A stretch of DNA of 64,000 nt. It comes from an uncultured virus (IMG/VR IMGVR_UViG_3300030099_006902). Lineage: Duplodnaviria > Heunggongvirae > Uroviricota > Caudoviricetes. The notes beneath the pieces are model-generated. The model made no database searches. It was not told where the DNA came from and saw nothing but the letters and a program-made list of their open reading frames with translations. The stretch lies in the IMG/VR virus record IMGVR_UViG_3300030099_006902. The stretch is one strand, 5' to 3'. The position numbers were made by a program, and so were the translations under genes. Below are positions 8,300-16,593 of this stretch, in pieces. Positions within the stretch are counted from its first letter, which is position 1. Each line of letters opens with the position of its first letter.

Positions 8300-8362
8300 A
8301 TGAAAAAATGTAACTGTTGCGGTTGCATTGCACCTTGTGAGTGTGATTGCTGCTGCAAATAA
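8300..8362 (+). CDS. 20-aa cysteine-rich peptide MKKCNCCGCIAPCECDCCCK (metallothionein-like)
   Basis: GGAGG SD at 8288-8292, ATG 8300, TAA 8360-8362; 9 of 20 residues are Cys in CxC/CC/CCC arrays; no aromatic residues. Confidence 0.65.
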   Translation: MKKCNCCGCIAPCECDCCCK

Positions 8363-8373
8363 TCTTCTGCGCT

Positions 8374-8465
8374 GTTCTGCTCGCATTATAAGCGGAACGT
8401 GGTTGCCGATCGTCACGTAGGCAAAGGTTTTCGGTTATCCTAGTTCTAGACAGAAAACCGGTTTT
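8374..8465 (+). ncRNA. Unassigned structured RNA element (hairpin, pseudoknot, hairpin)
   Basis: GTTCTGCT/AGCGGAAC; CGTGG/TCACG crossed with TTGCC/GGCAA; GGTTTTC/GAAAACC. Confidence 0.35.
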
Positions 8466-8470
8466 ATTTT

Positions 8471-8563
8471 TGGGGGGTGGCGGAATTGGCAAACGCACCC
8501 GGCTGTTTCCCGGGCGGTGATTTACGAAAGTTCACCTTGAAGGTTCGAATCCTTCCCCTCCAG
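8471..8563 (+). tRNA. Atypical class II (long variable arm) tRNA with GTT (Asn) anticodon, U37, no encoded CCA
   Basis: Acceptor TGGGGGG/CCCTCCA, G73; D-arm GCGGAATTGGCAAACGC; CCCGG-CTGTTTC-CCGGG; variable stem GGTGA/TCACC; GAAGG-TTCGAAT-CCTTC. Confidence 0.85.
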
Positions 8564-8575
8564 CCTACCTACTAT

Positions 8576-8734
8576 ATGGATGTAGGCGATTTAGTATTAC
8601 AAGCTTTTATGTCAGTATTGATAGGTATGATGGTTTATCTTTGGTTTTTATCACATCTTATACCGCATGGACAATCAATTTTTGAGATTCAACAAAAGCT
8701 TGAAAACACAACAGAAAAAATAACGCCGCCTTAG
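8576..8734 (+). CDS. 52-aa single-pass membrane protein
   Basis: MDVGDLVLQAFMSVLIGMMVYLWFL...; stop lies within the 5' end of tRNA-Thr; the ORF-track start is inside the upstream tRNA. Confidence 0.55.
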   Translation: MDVGDLVLQAFMSVLIGMMVYLWFLSHLIPHGQSIFEIQQKLENTTEKITPP

Positions 8735-8800
8735 CTCAGTTGGTAGAGCAACGGTTTTGTAAACCGTAGGTCATCAGTTCAAGTCTGATAGGCGGCTCCA
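8725..8800 (+). tRNA. trnT: tRNA-Thr (TGT), CCA encoded
   Basis: GCCGCCT/AGGCGGC acceptor, ACGGT-TTTGTAA-ACCGT, ATCAG-TTCAAGT-CTGAT, 76 nt. Confidence 0.97.
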
Positions 8801-8807
8801 CTTACAA

Positions 8808-9056
8808 ATGAAAAAATCAAAATACAAAGTTGGTGATGTAATATTAGTTAAATCATTTGCTGGCCCAAATATTCACGTAAAATTAAAAAAAAGAATAACT
8901 TCTAAAAAAGGTTGGGATGCTGATGGCTGGGATGCTATTATAATATACAAAAAAGATGTTGACGCTTTGCGAAAAAAAAGTGTGCCATACAAAAAAAATG
9001 AAAAGCCAATTGTGTTTGTATTTGATTGGCAAATAATTAAAAAAAAGCATAGATAA
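8808..9056 (+). CDS. Small basic hypothetical protein (KYKVGDVI, KOW-like)
   Basis: 82-aa ORF directly after tRNA-Thr. Confidence 0.7.
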   Translation: MKKSKYKVGDVILVKSFAGPNIHVKLKKRITSKKGWDADGWDAIIIYKKDVDALRKKSVPYKKNEKPIVFVFDWQIIKKKHR

Positions 9057-9099
9057 AATTATTAAACTATTTAAGACACTTGATAAAAGTAAGGTGAAC

Positions 9100-9309
9100 A
9101 TGTTTAATAATTTTTATAATGTAATTAAAAATCGTGTTAATTATTTCAAGCAAGAATCCAATGTTTTTGAAGTGGAAGTCGATGATGAAATAGAATACAC
9201 AGATGAAATCGAAAAAGCCCTATGGGAGGTTAAAGATTCTTTAGATCTACCAACTGAAGAAATAGAAATTGCTATAGCAACACGTCATAAATCCTTAAAA
9301 AATAGTTAG
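9100..9309 (+). CDS. Small acidic hypothetical protein
   Basis: AAGGTG SD before ATG 9100. Confidence 0.65.
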   Translation: MFNNFYNVIKNRVNYFKQESNVFEVEVDDEIEYTDEIEKALWEVKDSLDLPTEEIEIAIATRHKSLKNS

Positions 9310-9353
9310 TGAATAGCACTAACCAACTACTTATTTTTGAAAGCAGAGGCCAC

Positions 9354-10688
9354 ATGGCTAAAAAAAATTATGTTTTAGATACGAGCGTTTATTTAACTGA
9401 TGCAAATGCTCTATATAAGTTTGAAAATCATGATATTTTTATACCTCTAAAAGTTTTAGAAGAGGTAGATAATCATAAAAAAAGACAAGACTCTGTAGGG
9501 TCTAATGCTAGGCAGTTTATTAGAATCCTTGATGAGTTAAGAACAAAAGGAAACTTAGAAAAAGGCATTAGAATCGATAAAGGATATGGGATTGTAAAAG
9601 TAGTATCTTACTCGTCAATGAAAGAAGTGATATTTCCGCCCGATTTAGATATTAGATTACCAGATCACACAATTATTGCCACCGCTAAAACAATTCAAAT
9701 GAATTGTGAAAACAGAAAAACAATTATGGTATCTCGTGATATCAATATGCGTGTTATATGTGATTCTATAGGCTTGAAAGCTGAAGATTATGTGTCGGAA
9801 CGAGCTGTTTCTACTTCTGAAGAACTTTATAATGGTTTTGTAATACAATCAGTCGATGATCAACTAATTGATAGATATTATGGGGGCGAAGAAATATCAA
9901 TTGACGAAGACGAAATTGATCGAATATGGTATCCAAACCAATATATTATGATGGTATCCAATGCTAATGACAAAAAATCAGCCTTAGCGCGCTTTAAAAC
10001 TCACCACGAGCCTTTAAAAAATATCGTGCATAAGAACTTGCCTGATTGGAAAATTGAAGCAAGAAATAAAGAACAGGCCTTCGCAATTGATATGTTAATG
10101 GATCCAAACATTAAAATTGTATCTTTGGTTGGTCGAGCCGGCTCTGGAAAAACATTGTTAGCTATTGCTGCCGGCCTCCAACAAACGATAGGATTACGAA
10201 CAGACGATAATCATTACTCTAGATTGATTGTGTCAAGGCCGGTGCAACCACTTGGTAAAGATATAGGTTTTTTACCAGGAACAATGGAAGAAAAAATGCT
10301 ACCTTGGTTAATGCCTATTCAAGATAATTTAAAATTTCTGATGGGAGACCGCACATCTCTTGAAATGTATATGGAGAAAGGAAAAATTGAAATTGAAGCC
10401 TTAACATACATAAGAGGTAGATCAATAGCCAATGCTTTTATTGTAATTGATGAGGCGCAAAACTTGACAAAACATGAAATTAAAACTATAATTACACGTA
10501 TTGGTGAAGGAACAAAAATAGTTTTGACTGGCGATATTGAGCAAATAGACAATGTATATGTTAATGAAACGTCAAATGGTTTGGCCCATGCTATAGAAAA
10601 TTTTAAAGAATATGCAATCGCCGGCCATGTTACCTTTAGAAAAGGTGAAAGATCAGAACTGGCTACATTAGCATCAAAAGTTTTATAG
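9354..10688 (+). CDS. phoH: PIN-domain PhoH-family ATPase (PhoH2/YlaK type)
   Basis: PIN motifs YVLDTS, VLEEVD, SRDINMR; Walker A GRAGSGKT; IGFLPG, YIRGRS, IDEAQN, GDIEQID. Confidence 0.93.
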   Translation: MAKKNYVLDTSVYLTDANALYKFENHDIFIPLKVLEEVDNHKKRQDSVGSNARQFIRILDELRTKGNLEKGIRIDKGYGIVKVVSYSSMKEVIFPPDLDIRLPDHTIIATAKTIQMNCENRKTIMVSRDINMRVICDSIGLKAEDYVSERAVSTSEELYNGFVIQSVDDQLIDRYYGGEEISIDEDEIDRIWYPNQYIMMVSNANDKKSALARFKTHHEPLKNIVHKNLPDWKIEARNKEQAFAIDMLMDPNIKIVSLVGRAGSGKTLLAIAAGLQQTIGLRTDDNHYSRLIVSRPVQPLGKDIGFLPGTMEEKMLPWLMPIQDNLKFLMGDRTSLEMYMEKGKIEIEALTYIRGRSIANAFIVIDEAQNLTKHEIKTIITRIGEGTKIVLTGDIEQIDNVYVNETSNGLAHAIENFKEYAIAGHVTFRKGERSELATLASKVL

Positions 10689-10739
10689 TAAACAAAAATT
10701 AATTTTTAGTTTATATTAATGTTTAAGGAGTAAAACAAC

Positions 10740-11036
10740 ATGAGTGAACAAAAAATAATCAGTGAAACTGAAGCACATGAAAATCCAATGCTCGCTATGA
10801 CTGCCGAAAAAGGTGATTCTGAACTTAAGGACTATCTTGTAGAGTTTGTAGGAACAAAAATGGATAAAGAAGAAGTCACTGTAAATATGATAGCTGAAGT
10901 TATGGCCGTGGAGTTTCCAGAATTTGTATTTGCTTTTGCTGAAGAAAATTTTTTAAGAGGATATCAATTAGGTATTGACGATGCATATAAAACAATTGAG
11001 AGAGAAGCAGAGCAAAATTCAGAACCAAATGACTGA
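10740..11036 (+). CDS. Acidic hypothetical protein
   Basis: AAGGAG SD, 98 aa. Confidence 0.8.
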   Translation: MSEQKIISETEAHENPMLAMTAEKGDSELKDYLVEFVGTKMDKEEVTVNMIAEVMAVEFPEFVFAFAEENFLRGYQLGIDDAYKTIEREAEQNSEPND

Positions 11037-11682
11037 TTTTTACACACCCCGCGGTCTTCATGTATATTTTAAAGATAACTTACAAAATAAAAACGTTGAT
11101 GCGGAATCTGTATTATCGAAAGTAGAGTCTATGCTACCAGCCCACTTATGTGCTGAAGTGGAAATGATTGTGATTGGCCACTTTGATGAATTTGAAAAAA
11201 GAGATATAAATGCATTTTATGATGGTGGAGCAGTATACGTTTCAAATATACAAGACAACGAAGAAGATATGGTAGATGATATAGTTCATGAAATTTCTCA
11301 TTCTTTAGAAGCTCCGTATGGTATGCTTATTTACGGTGATTCAAAGGTAAAAAACGAATTTTTACAAAAAAGAGTTTTTTTACATGATATTTTATGGAAA
11401 TTAGGATACAAAACACCAAAATCATTTTTTAAAAATGTGGATTATGATTCTGAGTTTGATGACTTTCTTTACAAAAAAGTAGGATATGACAAATTACATA
11501 CTTTATCCTCCGGTGTGTTTATAAGTGCTTATGCACCAACTTCACTTAGGGAATATTTTGCAACCGGATTCACTGATTTTTTTATGAATCCTAATGAACA
11601 TGGATATTTGAAAAAAATAAGTCCACAACTTTATAATAAAATTTTAGAACTTTATTCCGAAGAAAACATTGACAATTATTAA
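11029..11682 (+). CDS. Putative zincin metallopeptidase
   Basis: INAFY..., HEISH (HExxH) and a downstream EYFA motif. Confidence 0.6.
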   Translation: MTDFYTPRGLHVYFKDNLQNKNVDAESVLSKVESMLPAHLCAEVEMIVIGHFDEFEKRDINAFYDGGAVYVSNIQDNEEDMVDDIVHEISHSLEAPYGMLIYGDSKVKNEFLQKRVFLHDILWKLGYKTPKSFFKNVDYDSEFDDFLYKKVGYDKLHTLSSGVFISAYAPTSLREYFATGFTDFFMNPNEHGYLKKISPQLYNKILELYSEENIDNY

Positions 11683-11697
11683 AAATGCGGTTATAAT
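11669..11697 (+). promoter_or_regulatory. Consensus sigma70 promoter heading the Cas4-like gene and the glycan island
   Basis: TTGACA(11669-11674)-17 nt-TATAAT(11692-11697). Confidence 0.85.
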
Positions 11698-11721
11698 AGT
11701 ATATTAAAACAAGGAGCTATC

Positions 11722-12492
11722 ATGCCGCACATTTCATATTCTGAACTTAAAGACTGGAAGTTTTGTGCACACTATCACAAACTTACGAGAGTAGATGGTA
11801 TAGATGGCTTTACAGGTAATGAATATACTGCTTTTGGATCAGCAATTCACTCTGTTTGTGAGAAAAAGTTGCTACAAGAGGAAATAACTGAAAGTTTTTT
11901 TGTTGAAGAACTAAAAAAGAATATTGCTAATTTAGACGATGACCACGAGGTTAACCAGAAGCTAGTTTCTGATATGATTGGTCAAGGTGAAAAAATAATT
12001 CCTGAGATTGAAAATGCATTGTCCGAGTATTTTGATAAATTTGAAGTTTTGGCAGTTGAAATGCCTTTGATGGAATCTATAGACGGTCATGATGATTATA
12101 AGTTTAAGGGGTATATTGATGCAGTAGTTGCTACGCCCGATGGCAAGGTTCATATTTTTGATTGGAAAACATGTTCATGGGGCTGGGATGCAAAAAAACG
12201 TTCCGACAAGATGATTACATACCAACTTACACTTTATAAAAATTTCTTTTGTCAGAAAATGAATATTGATCCAAAAGATGTAGAAACACATTTTGCCTTA
12301 CTTAAAAGAACGGCAAAAAGAAATCATGTAGAGTTTTTTAGAGTTACCAGTGGCCCAAGAAAAACTGAAAATGCCTTAAAATTGCTAAATACGGCACTAT
12401 ACAATATTAAAAATAAAAGGTATATTAAAAACAAGCTATCTTGCACAGGTGGCTATGGGTGCAAATTTTATAAGACAGAACACTGTCCATGA
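11722..12492 (+). CDS. PD-(D/E)xK (Cas4/RecB-like) exonuclease, probably with an Fe-S cluster
   Basis: ISYSEL..C, GSAIH, GYID, FDWKT, QLTLY, C-terminal C..C..C. Confidence 0.85.
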   Translation: MPHISYSELKDWKFCAHYHKLTRVDGIDGFTGNEYTAFGSAIHSVCEKKLLQEEITESFFVEELKKNIANLDDDHEVNQKLVSDMIGQGEKIIPEIENALSEYFDKFEVLAVEMPLMESIDGHDDYKFKGYIDAVVATPDGKVHIFDWKTCSWGWDAKKRSDKMITYQLTLYKNFFCQKMNIDPKDVETHFALLKRTAKRNHVEFFRVTSGPRKTENALKLLNTALYNIKNKRYIKNKLSCTGGYGCKFYKTEHCP

Positions 12493-12499
12493 GGAATAA

Positions 12500-13786
12500 A
12501 TGAGTAAAAAGAAAATTTTGGTCTTATCAGACCATCCGCTTTCACCATCAGGTGTTGGCACACAAACAAAGTATATGATTGAAGCTCTGTTAAAAACTGG
12601 TCGTTATCGATTTGTATGTTTGGGTGGAGCCGTTCAGCATCAGAATTATAATCCAACAGCAGTTCAACCATATGGCGAAGACTGGATGATATATCCTGTT
12701 GATGGATATGGAAATCATGAAATTATACGATCTGTTATGCAGAAAGAAAAACCAGATGTGTTATGGTTTATGACAGACCCTCGTTTTTACGAGTGGTTAT
12801 GGGAAATTGAAAATGAAATTAGACAAAATATGCCAATGGTTTACTATCATGTCTGGGATAATTTTCCAGCACCAAAATTTAACGGTAGGTTTTATCGTTC
12901 CACAGACGAGGTAATTTGTATTTCAAAGGTAACACATCAAATTTTACAAGAGGTGTCACCAGAAGTAAATTCAAGTTACTTGCCACATGCTGTAAACTCT
13001 GATGTGTTTTTTAAATATAAAACAAAAGAACAAAAACAGATAATAGAAGATGCAAGACGCAAAATTTGTATAGACTCTACGGAGAATCTTAAAAACCCAA
13101 ATAAAAAGATTTTCTTTTGGAACAATAGAAATGCTAGACGAAAACAAAGCGGAACTGTTATTTGGTGGTTTAAGGAATTTCTAGACCAAGTCGGCCACGA
13201 CAAAGCTATGTTGCTAATGCACACTGATGCTAGAGATCCGCATGGTCAAGATTTACCACATATTATAAATGAATTAGGCATCACTGACGGGCAAATTTTA
13301 TTATCGACTGATAAAGTGGACCCAAGAGAGTTGGCTAACTTGTATAATGCTGCCGATTTTACCATAAATATCTCAGACGCAGAAGGATTTGGATTAGCCA
13401 CTCTCGAATCTTTATCTTGCGGCACACCAATTATTGTAAATATGACTGGTGGGTTGCAAGAGCAAGTTACAAACGGTAAAGATTGGTTTGGCTGGGGAAT
13501 TCAACCATCTTCACGGGCGGTGATAGGTTCTTTACAAGTTCCATATATCTATGAAGATAGAATTAATAAAGAAGAATTTATCAAGACTTTGAAAAAGGCT
13601 GTTAATGTATCTGCAAAACATTACAAAAAAATGTCTACTCAAGGAATCGCTCATGTCAAAGAAAATTATAATTTTGAAGCATATGAAAGCAGCTGGGTTG
13701 AAACCATGGATCGTGTTGTGGAAGAACACGGCTCCTGGGATAACAGAAAAGGCTATAAACGATGGCATCTTATGGAGGTAGCATAA
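12500..13786 (+). CDS. Glycosyltransferase, GT-B fold (GT4-like)
   Basis: NRNARRKQ, EGFGLATLESLSCGTP (E-x7-E). Confidence 0.9.
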   Translation: MSKKKILVLSDHPLSPSGVGTQTKYMIEALLKTGRYRFVCLGGAVQHQNYNPTAVQPYGEDWMIYPVDGYGNHEIIRSVMQKEKPDVLWFMTDPRFYEWLWEIENEIRQNMPMVYYHVWDNFPAPKFNGRFYRSTDEVICISKVTHQILQEVSPEVNSSYLPHAVNSDVFFKYKTKEQKQIIEDARRKICIDSTENLKNPNKKIFFWNNRNARRKQSGTVIWWFKEFLDQVGHDKAMLLMHTDARDPHGQDLPHIINELGITDGQILLSTDKVDPRELANLYNAADFTINISDAEGFGLATLESLSCGTPIIVNMTGGLQEQVTNGKDWFGWGIQPSSRAVIGSLQVPYIYEDRINKEEFIKTLKKAVNVSAKHYKKMSTQGIAHVKENYNFEAYESSWVETMDRVVEEHGSWDNRKGYKRWHLMEVA

Positions 13787-15048
13787 TGAAAAAGAAAATA
13801 TTGTTAAAAGGTCCTATTTTAACTCGCTCTGGTTACGGCGAGCAAGCTCGTTTTGCTTTACGTTCGCTTCGAAGTAGAGAAGATTTATTTGATATACATA
13901 TCATGCCGCTAGACTGGGGTCGAACATCTTGGATTTCACTAATAGATGAAGAAAGAAAGTGGATTGATGACACAATTGAAAAAACTATTGCATATGTTCA
14001 AGGCGGCGGCAAGTATGATATTAGTCTTCAAGTAACAATACCAAATGAATTTGAGCGCATAGCCACTACTAATATAGGTTATACAGCAGGTATAGAAACA
14101 GATAGAGTAGCACCAGTATGGATACAAAAAGGCAATGAGGCAGTTGATAAACTTATTGTTGTGTCTGAACACTCAAAGCAAGTTTTTGAAAACACTCAAG
14201 TGACTGCTCAAAATGGAGTCACTGGCGAAATAGTTGATGATTATAAACTTAACAACCCTATCGAAGCAGTAGGATATCCAGTAAAGAGTTATAATAATTT
14301 ACCAGAATTAGAAATTAACACTACCACTGACTTCAACTTTTTAGTTGTTGCACAAAACGGACCAAGAAAAAATATACCAAATACAATAAAATGGTTTGTA
14401 GAAGAGTTTGCTGACGATGAAAATGTGGGTCTTATATTAAAAAGCAATTTATCAAAAAATTGTCTAATGGACAGAGAAAAAATGTTTCATGATTTGAAAG
14501 AATTTTTAAATCATTTGCCTGAACATAAATGCAAGGTATACCTTCTTCATGGCGATATGACTGACGAAGAGATGCACTCTTTGTATGTCAACAAAAATGT
14601 TTCAGCATTTTTAAGTTTGGCTCATGGCGAAGGATTTGGCTTACCAATATTTGAAGCTGCCTACAGTTCTTTGCCTGTAGTCTCAGTGGTTTGGTCAGGT
14701 CAAGCTGATTTTCTAGTTCATGAAAATAAAACAATGTGTTACGAAGTAGCATTTGATTTACATAATGTTGGCGATGAAAGTATCTGGGAAGGCGTTATTG
14801 AAAAAGGAGCCCTTTGGGCACACGCTAGGGAACAGTCTGCAAAAGAAAAAATGAGACTATGTTACAATGATATAACCAATAATACATCGGATAGTATCTC
14901 AGCTGCAGCCCCTGAATATGCTGAAATACTAAAGAAAAAGTTTTCAACCGAAAATATGCATGCCAAATTTGTTGATTGCATTGTATCAGAAAAAGAACTT
15001 AATCAAATGCAAGAAGATATAGAAAACTTGTTGGCTGACTTATTATGA
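13786..15048 (+). CDS. Glycosyltransferase, GT4-like
   Basis: TRSGYG, PRKN, HGEGFGLPIFEAA; GGAGG SD before ATG 13786. Confidence 0.9.
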   Translation: MKKKILLKGPILTRSGYGEQARFALRSLRSREDLFDIHIMPLDWGRTSWISLIDEERKWIDDTIEKTIAYVQGGGKYDISLQVTIPNEFERIATTNIGYTAGIETDRVAPVWIQKGNEAVDKLIVVSEHSKQVFENTQVTAQNGVTGEIVDDYKLNNPIEAVGYPVKSYNNLPELEINTTTDFNFLVVAQNGPRKNIPNTIKWFVEEFADDENVGLILKSNLSKNCLMDREKMFHDLKEFLNHLPEHKCKVYLLHGDMTDEEMHSLYVNKNVSAFLSLAHGEGFGLPIFEAAYSSLPVVSVVWSGQADFLVHENKTMCYEVAFDLHNVGDESIWEGVIEKGALWAHAREQSAKEKMRLCYNDITNNTSDSISAAAPEYAEILKKKFSTENMHAKFVDCIVSEKELNQMQEDIENLLADLL

Positions 15049-15914
15049 AACCAGACCAGTCTAGTAAAAAAATTATATTTGTGTCTGATTTATTTATTGA
15101 AGACTATCGCGGTGGTGCGGAACTTACTACAGAGGCATTTATTAGATCTATGCCGATTACCCACCAAGCAGCAAAAATTAATTGTTCAAAATTAACAAAA
15201 GAAATAATTGATGAACACAATGACGCGCATTATGTAATATGTAATTTTTCTGCTCTTGATGACAATGTAAAAGTTTACATGTGCAAAAATTCTGACTATT
15301 CGATAGTAGAATATGATTATAAAATATGTAAATATAGATCTTTGAATAAACACCAAATTATTGAAAATAAGCCTTGTGACTGTCTAGAAACTTACGCTGG
15401 TAAAATAAATCAGGCTTTTTATGGATACGCAAAGCACGTATTATTCATGAGTGAAGGTCAAAGAAATATATTTTTACAAAAACTAAAAACATTAAAAAAA
15501 GAAAAAACATTTGTTTTAAGCTCTGCGTTTTCGAAAGGGGATTTAAATTTTATACAATCCATCAAAGATAATGAGAAATCAGATACGTATCTAATTTTAG
15601 GTTCCAAATCTTGGATTAAAGGAACTAGCGAGTGCATACAATATGCTAAAAACAATAATTTAAAATATGAAATTGTAGAAAATTTACCATATCATGAATT
15701 GTTAATAAAAATGTCCACTTCTAAAGGTCTTATATTCAGACCTCTGGATTATGATACGTGTCCTAGAATTGTTATAGAAGCAAAACTACTTGGATGTGAT
15801 CTTATACTAAATGAATATGTTCAACATAAAGATGAACCATGGTTTAAAACACAAGAGTCTTGCTACGAATACATGGATTCTAGACTCGAAGCATTCTGGA
15901 GTTATTATGAATGA
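15045..15914 (+). CDS. Divergent GT-B glycosyltransferase
   Basis: GGAELT N-terminal motif, WIKG, DTCPRIVIEAKLLGC. Confidence 0.65.
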   Translation: MKPDQSSKKIIFVSDLFIEDYRGGAELTTEAFIRSMPITHQAAKINCSKLTKEIIDEHNDAHYVICNFSALDDNVKVYMCKNSDYSIVEYDYKICKYRSLNKHQIIENKPCDCLETYAGKINQAFYGYAKHVLFMSEGQRNIFLQKLKTLKKEKTFVLSSAFSKGDLNFIQSIKDNEKSDTYLILGSKSWIKGTSECIQYAKNNNLKYEIVENLPYHELLIKMSTSKGLIFRPLDYDTCPRIVIEAKLLGCDLILNEYVQHKDEPWFKTQESCYEYMDSRLEAFWSYYE

Positions 15915-16593
15915 TACTATAGTTATAATGGGAAATGGGCCATCTCTTAAAGATGTTGATTTTGCAATGTTAGATGGTGTTGATACTTTTGGATTAAATG
16001 CAGCGTATCGAGCATATGAACGTTTAGATTGGTGGCCAAAGTATCATGGCTGCTTCGACTATATTGTAACTGAATCGCACAAAGAAAATTATATAAACTT
16101 AATAAAAAATTCACCGATAGAAAAATGCTTCTACATTCTGGATATTGCTGATGATCCAGGATTCCAATTTGTAAATTTGCAAACATACGGAACCACTAAT
16201 AGGTGGAACGGTTCTGAAGCTGATTTTAATAACTTTCACGATAACGGAAATTCAGGAGCCAACTCTTGTTCTGTAGCATCTTGTTTAGGTTATAAAAAAA
16301 TTATTCTTCTGGGTGTTGACTGCAACTATGTTGAATTCGTAGATGGTTGCGCACGCGATGGCTCTGCTTTAAAAATGGAAAAGACACCTGACACAAATCC
16401 AAATTATTGGTTTGATGATTATCAACAACAAGGAGACAAATATAATGTTCCTGACGGTATCAAATTTCACCTACCAACATGGAACACGTTTGCTTACAGA
16501 GCCGCACATGCTGGCATTGAAATAATAAATTGTAGTCCAATAACAACTTTACGTTGTTTTAAAAGAATGTCACTAGAGGAAGCATTAAAGTGA
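15907..16593 (+). CDS. GT42 (Cst-II)/Maf-DUF115-like CMP-sugar transferase
   Basis: IVIMGNGPSLKDVD...FGLN..Y, NSG, LGYKKIILLGVD match the Campylobacter Cst-II/Maf-type motifs. Confidence 0.65.
   Translation: MNDTIVIMGNGPSLKDVDFAMLDGVDTFGLNAAYRAYERLDWWPKYHGCFDYIVTESHKENYINLIKNSPIEKCFYILDIADDPGFQFVNLQTYGTTNRWNGSEADFNNFHDNGNSGANSCSVASCLGYKKIILLGVDCNYVEFVDGCARDGSALKMEKTPDTNPNYWFDDYQQQGDKYNVPDGIKFHLPTWNTFAYRAAHAGIEIINCSPITTLRCFKRMSLEEALK

Noticed and set aside
8413..8460. Resemblance to c-di-GMP-I (GGCAAA) or preQ1 (GTTCTAG) riboswitches
   Set aside because: Only isolated words match; the required stems and spacing are absent
8477..8575. ORF-track N-terminal part of 8477-8734 and minus-strand ORF 8298-8498
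   Set aside because: They overlap the tRNA cloverleaf and the better-supported Cys-peptide gene
11722..12492. Cas4-like gene as part of a CRISPR-Cas system
   Set aside because: No repeat-spacer array or other cas genes seen; solo Cas4-like nucleases are common in phages
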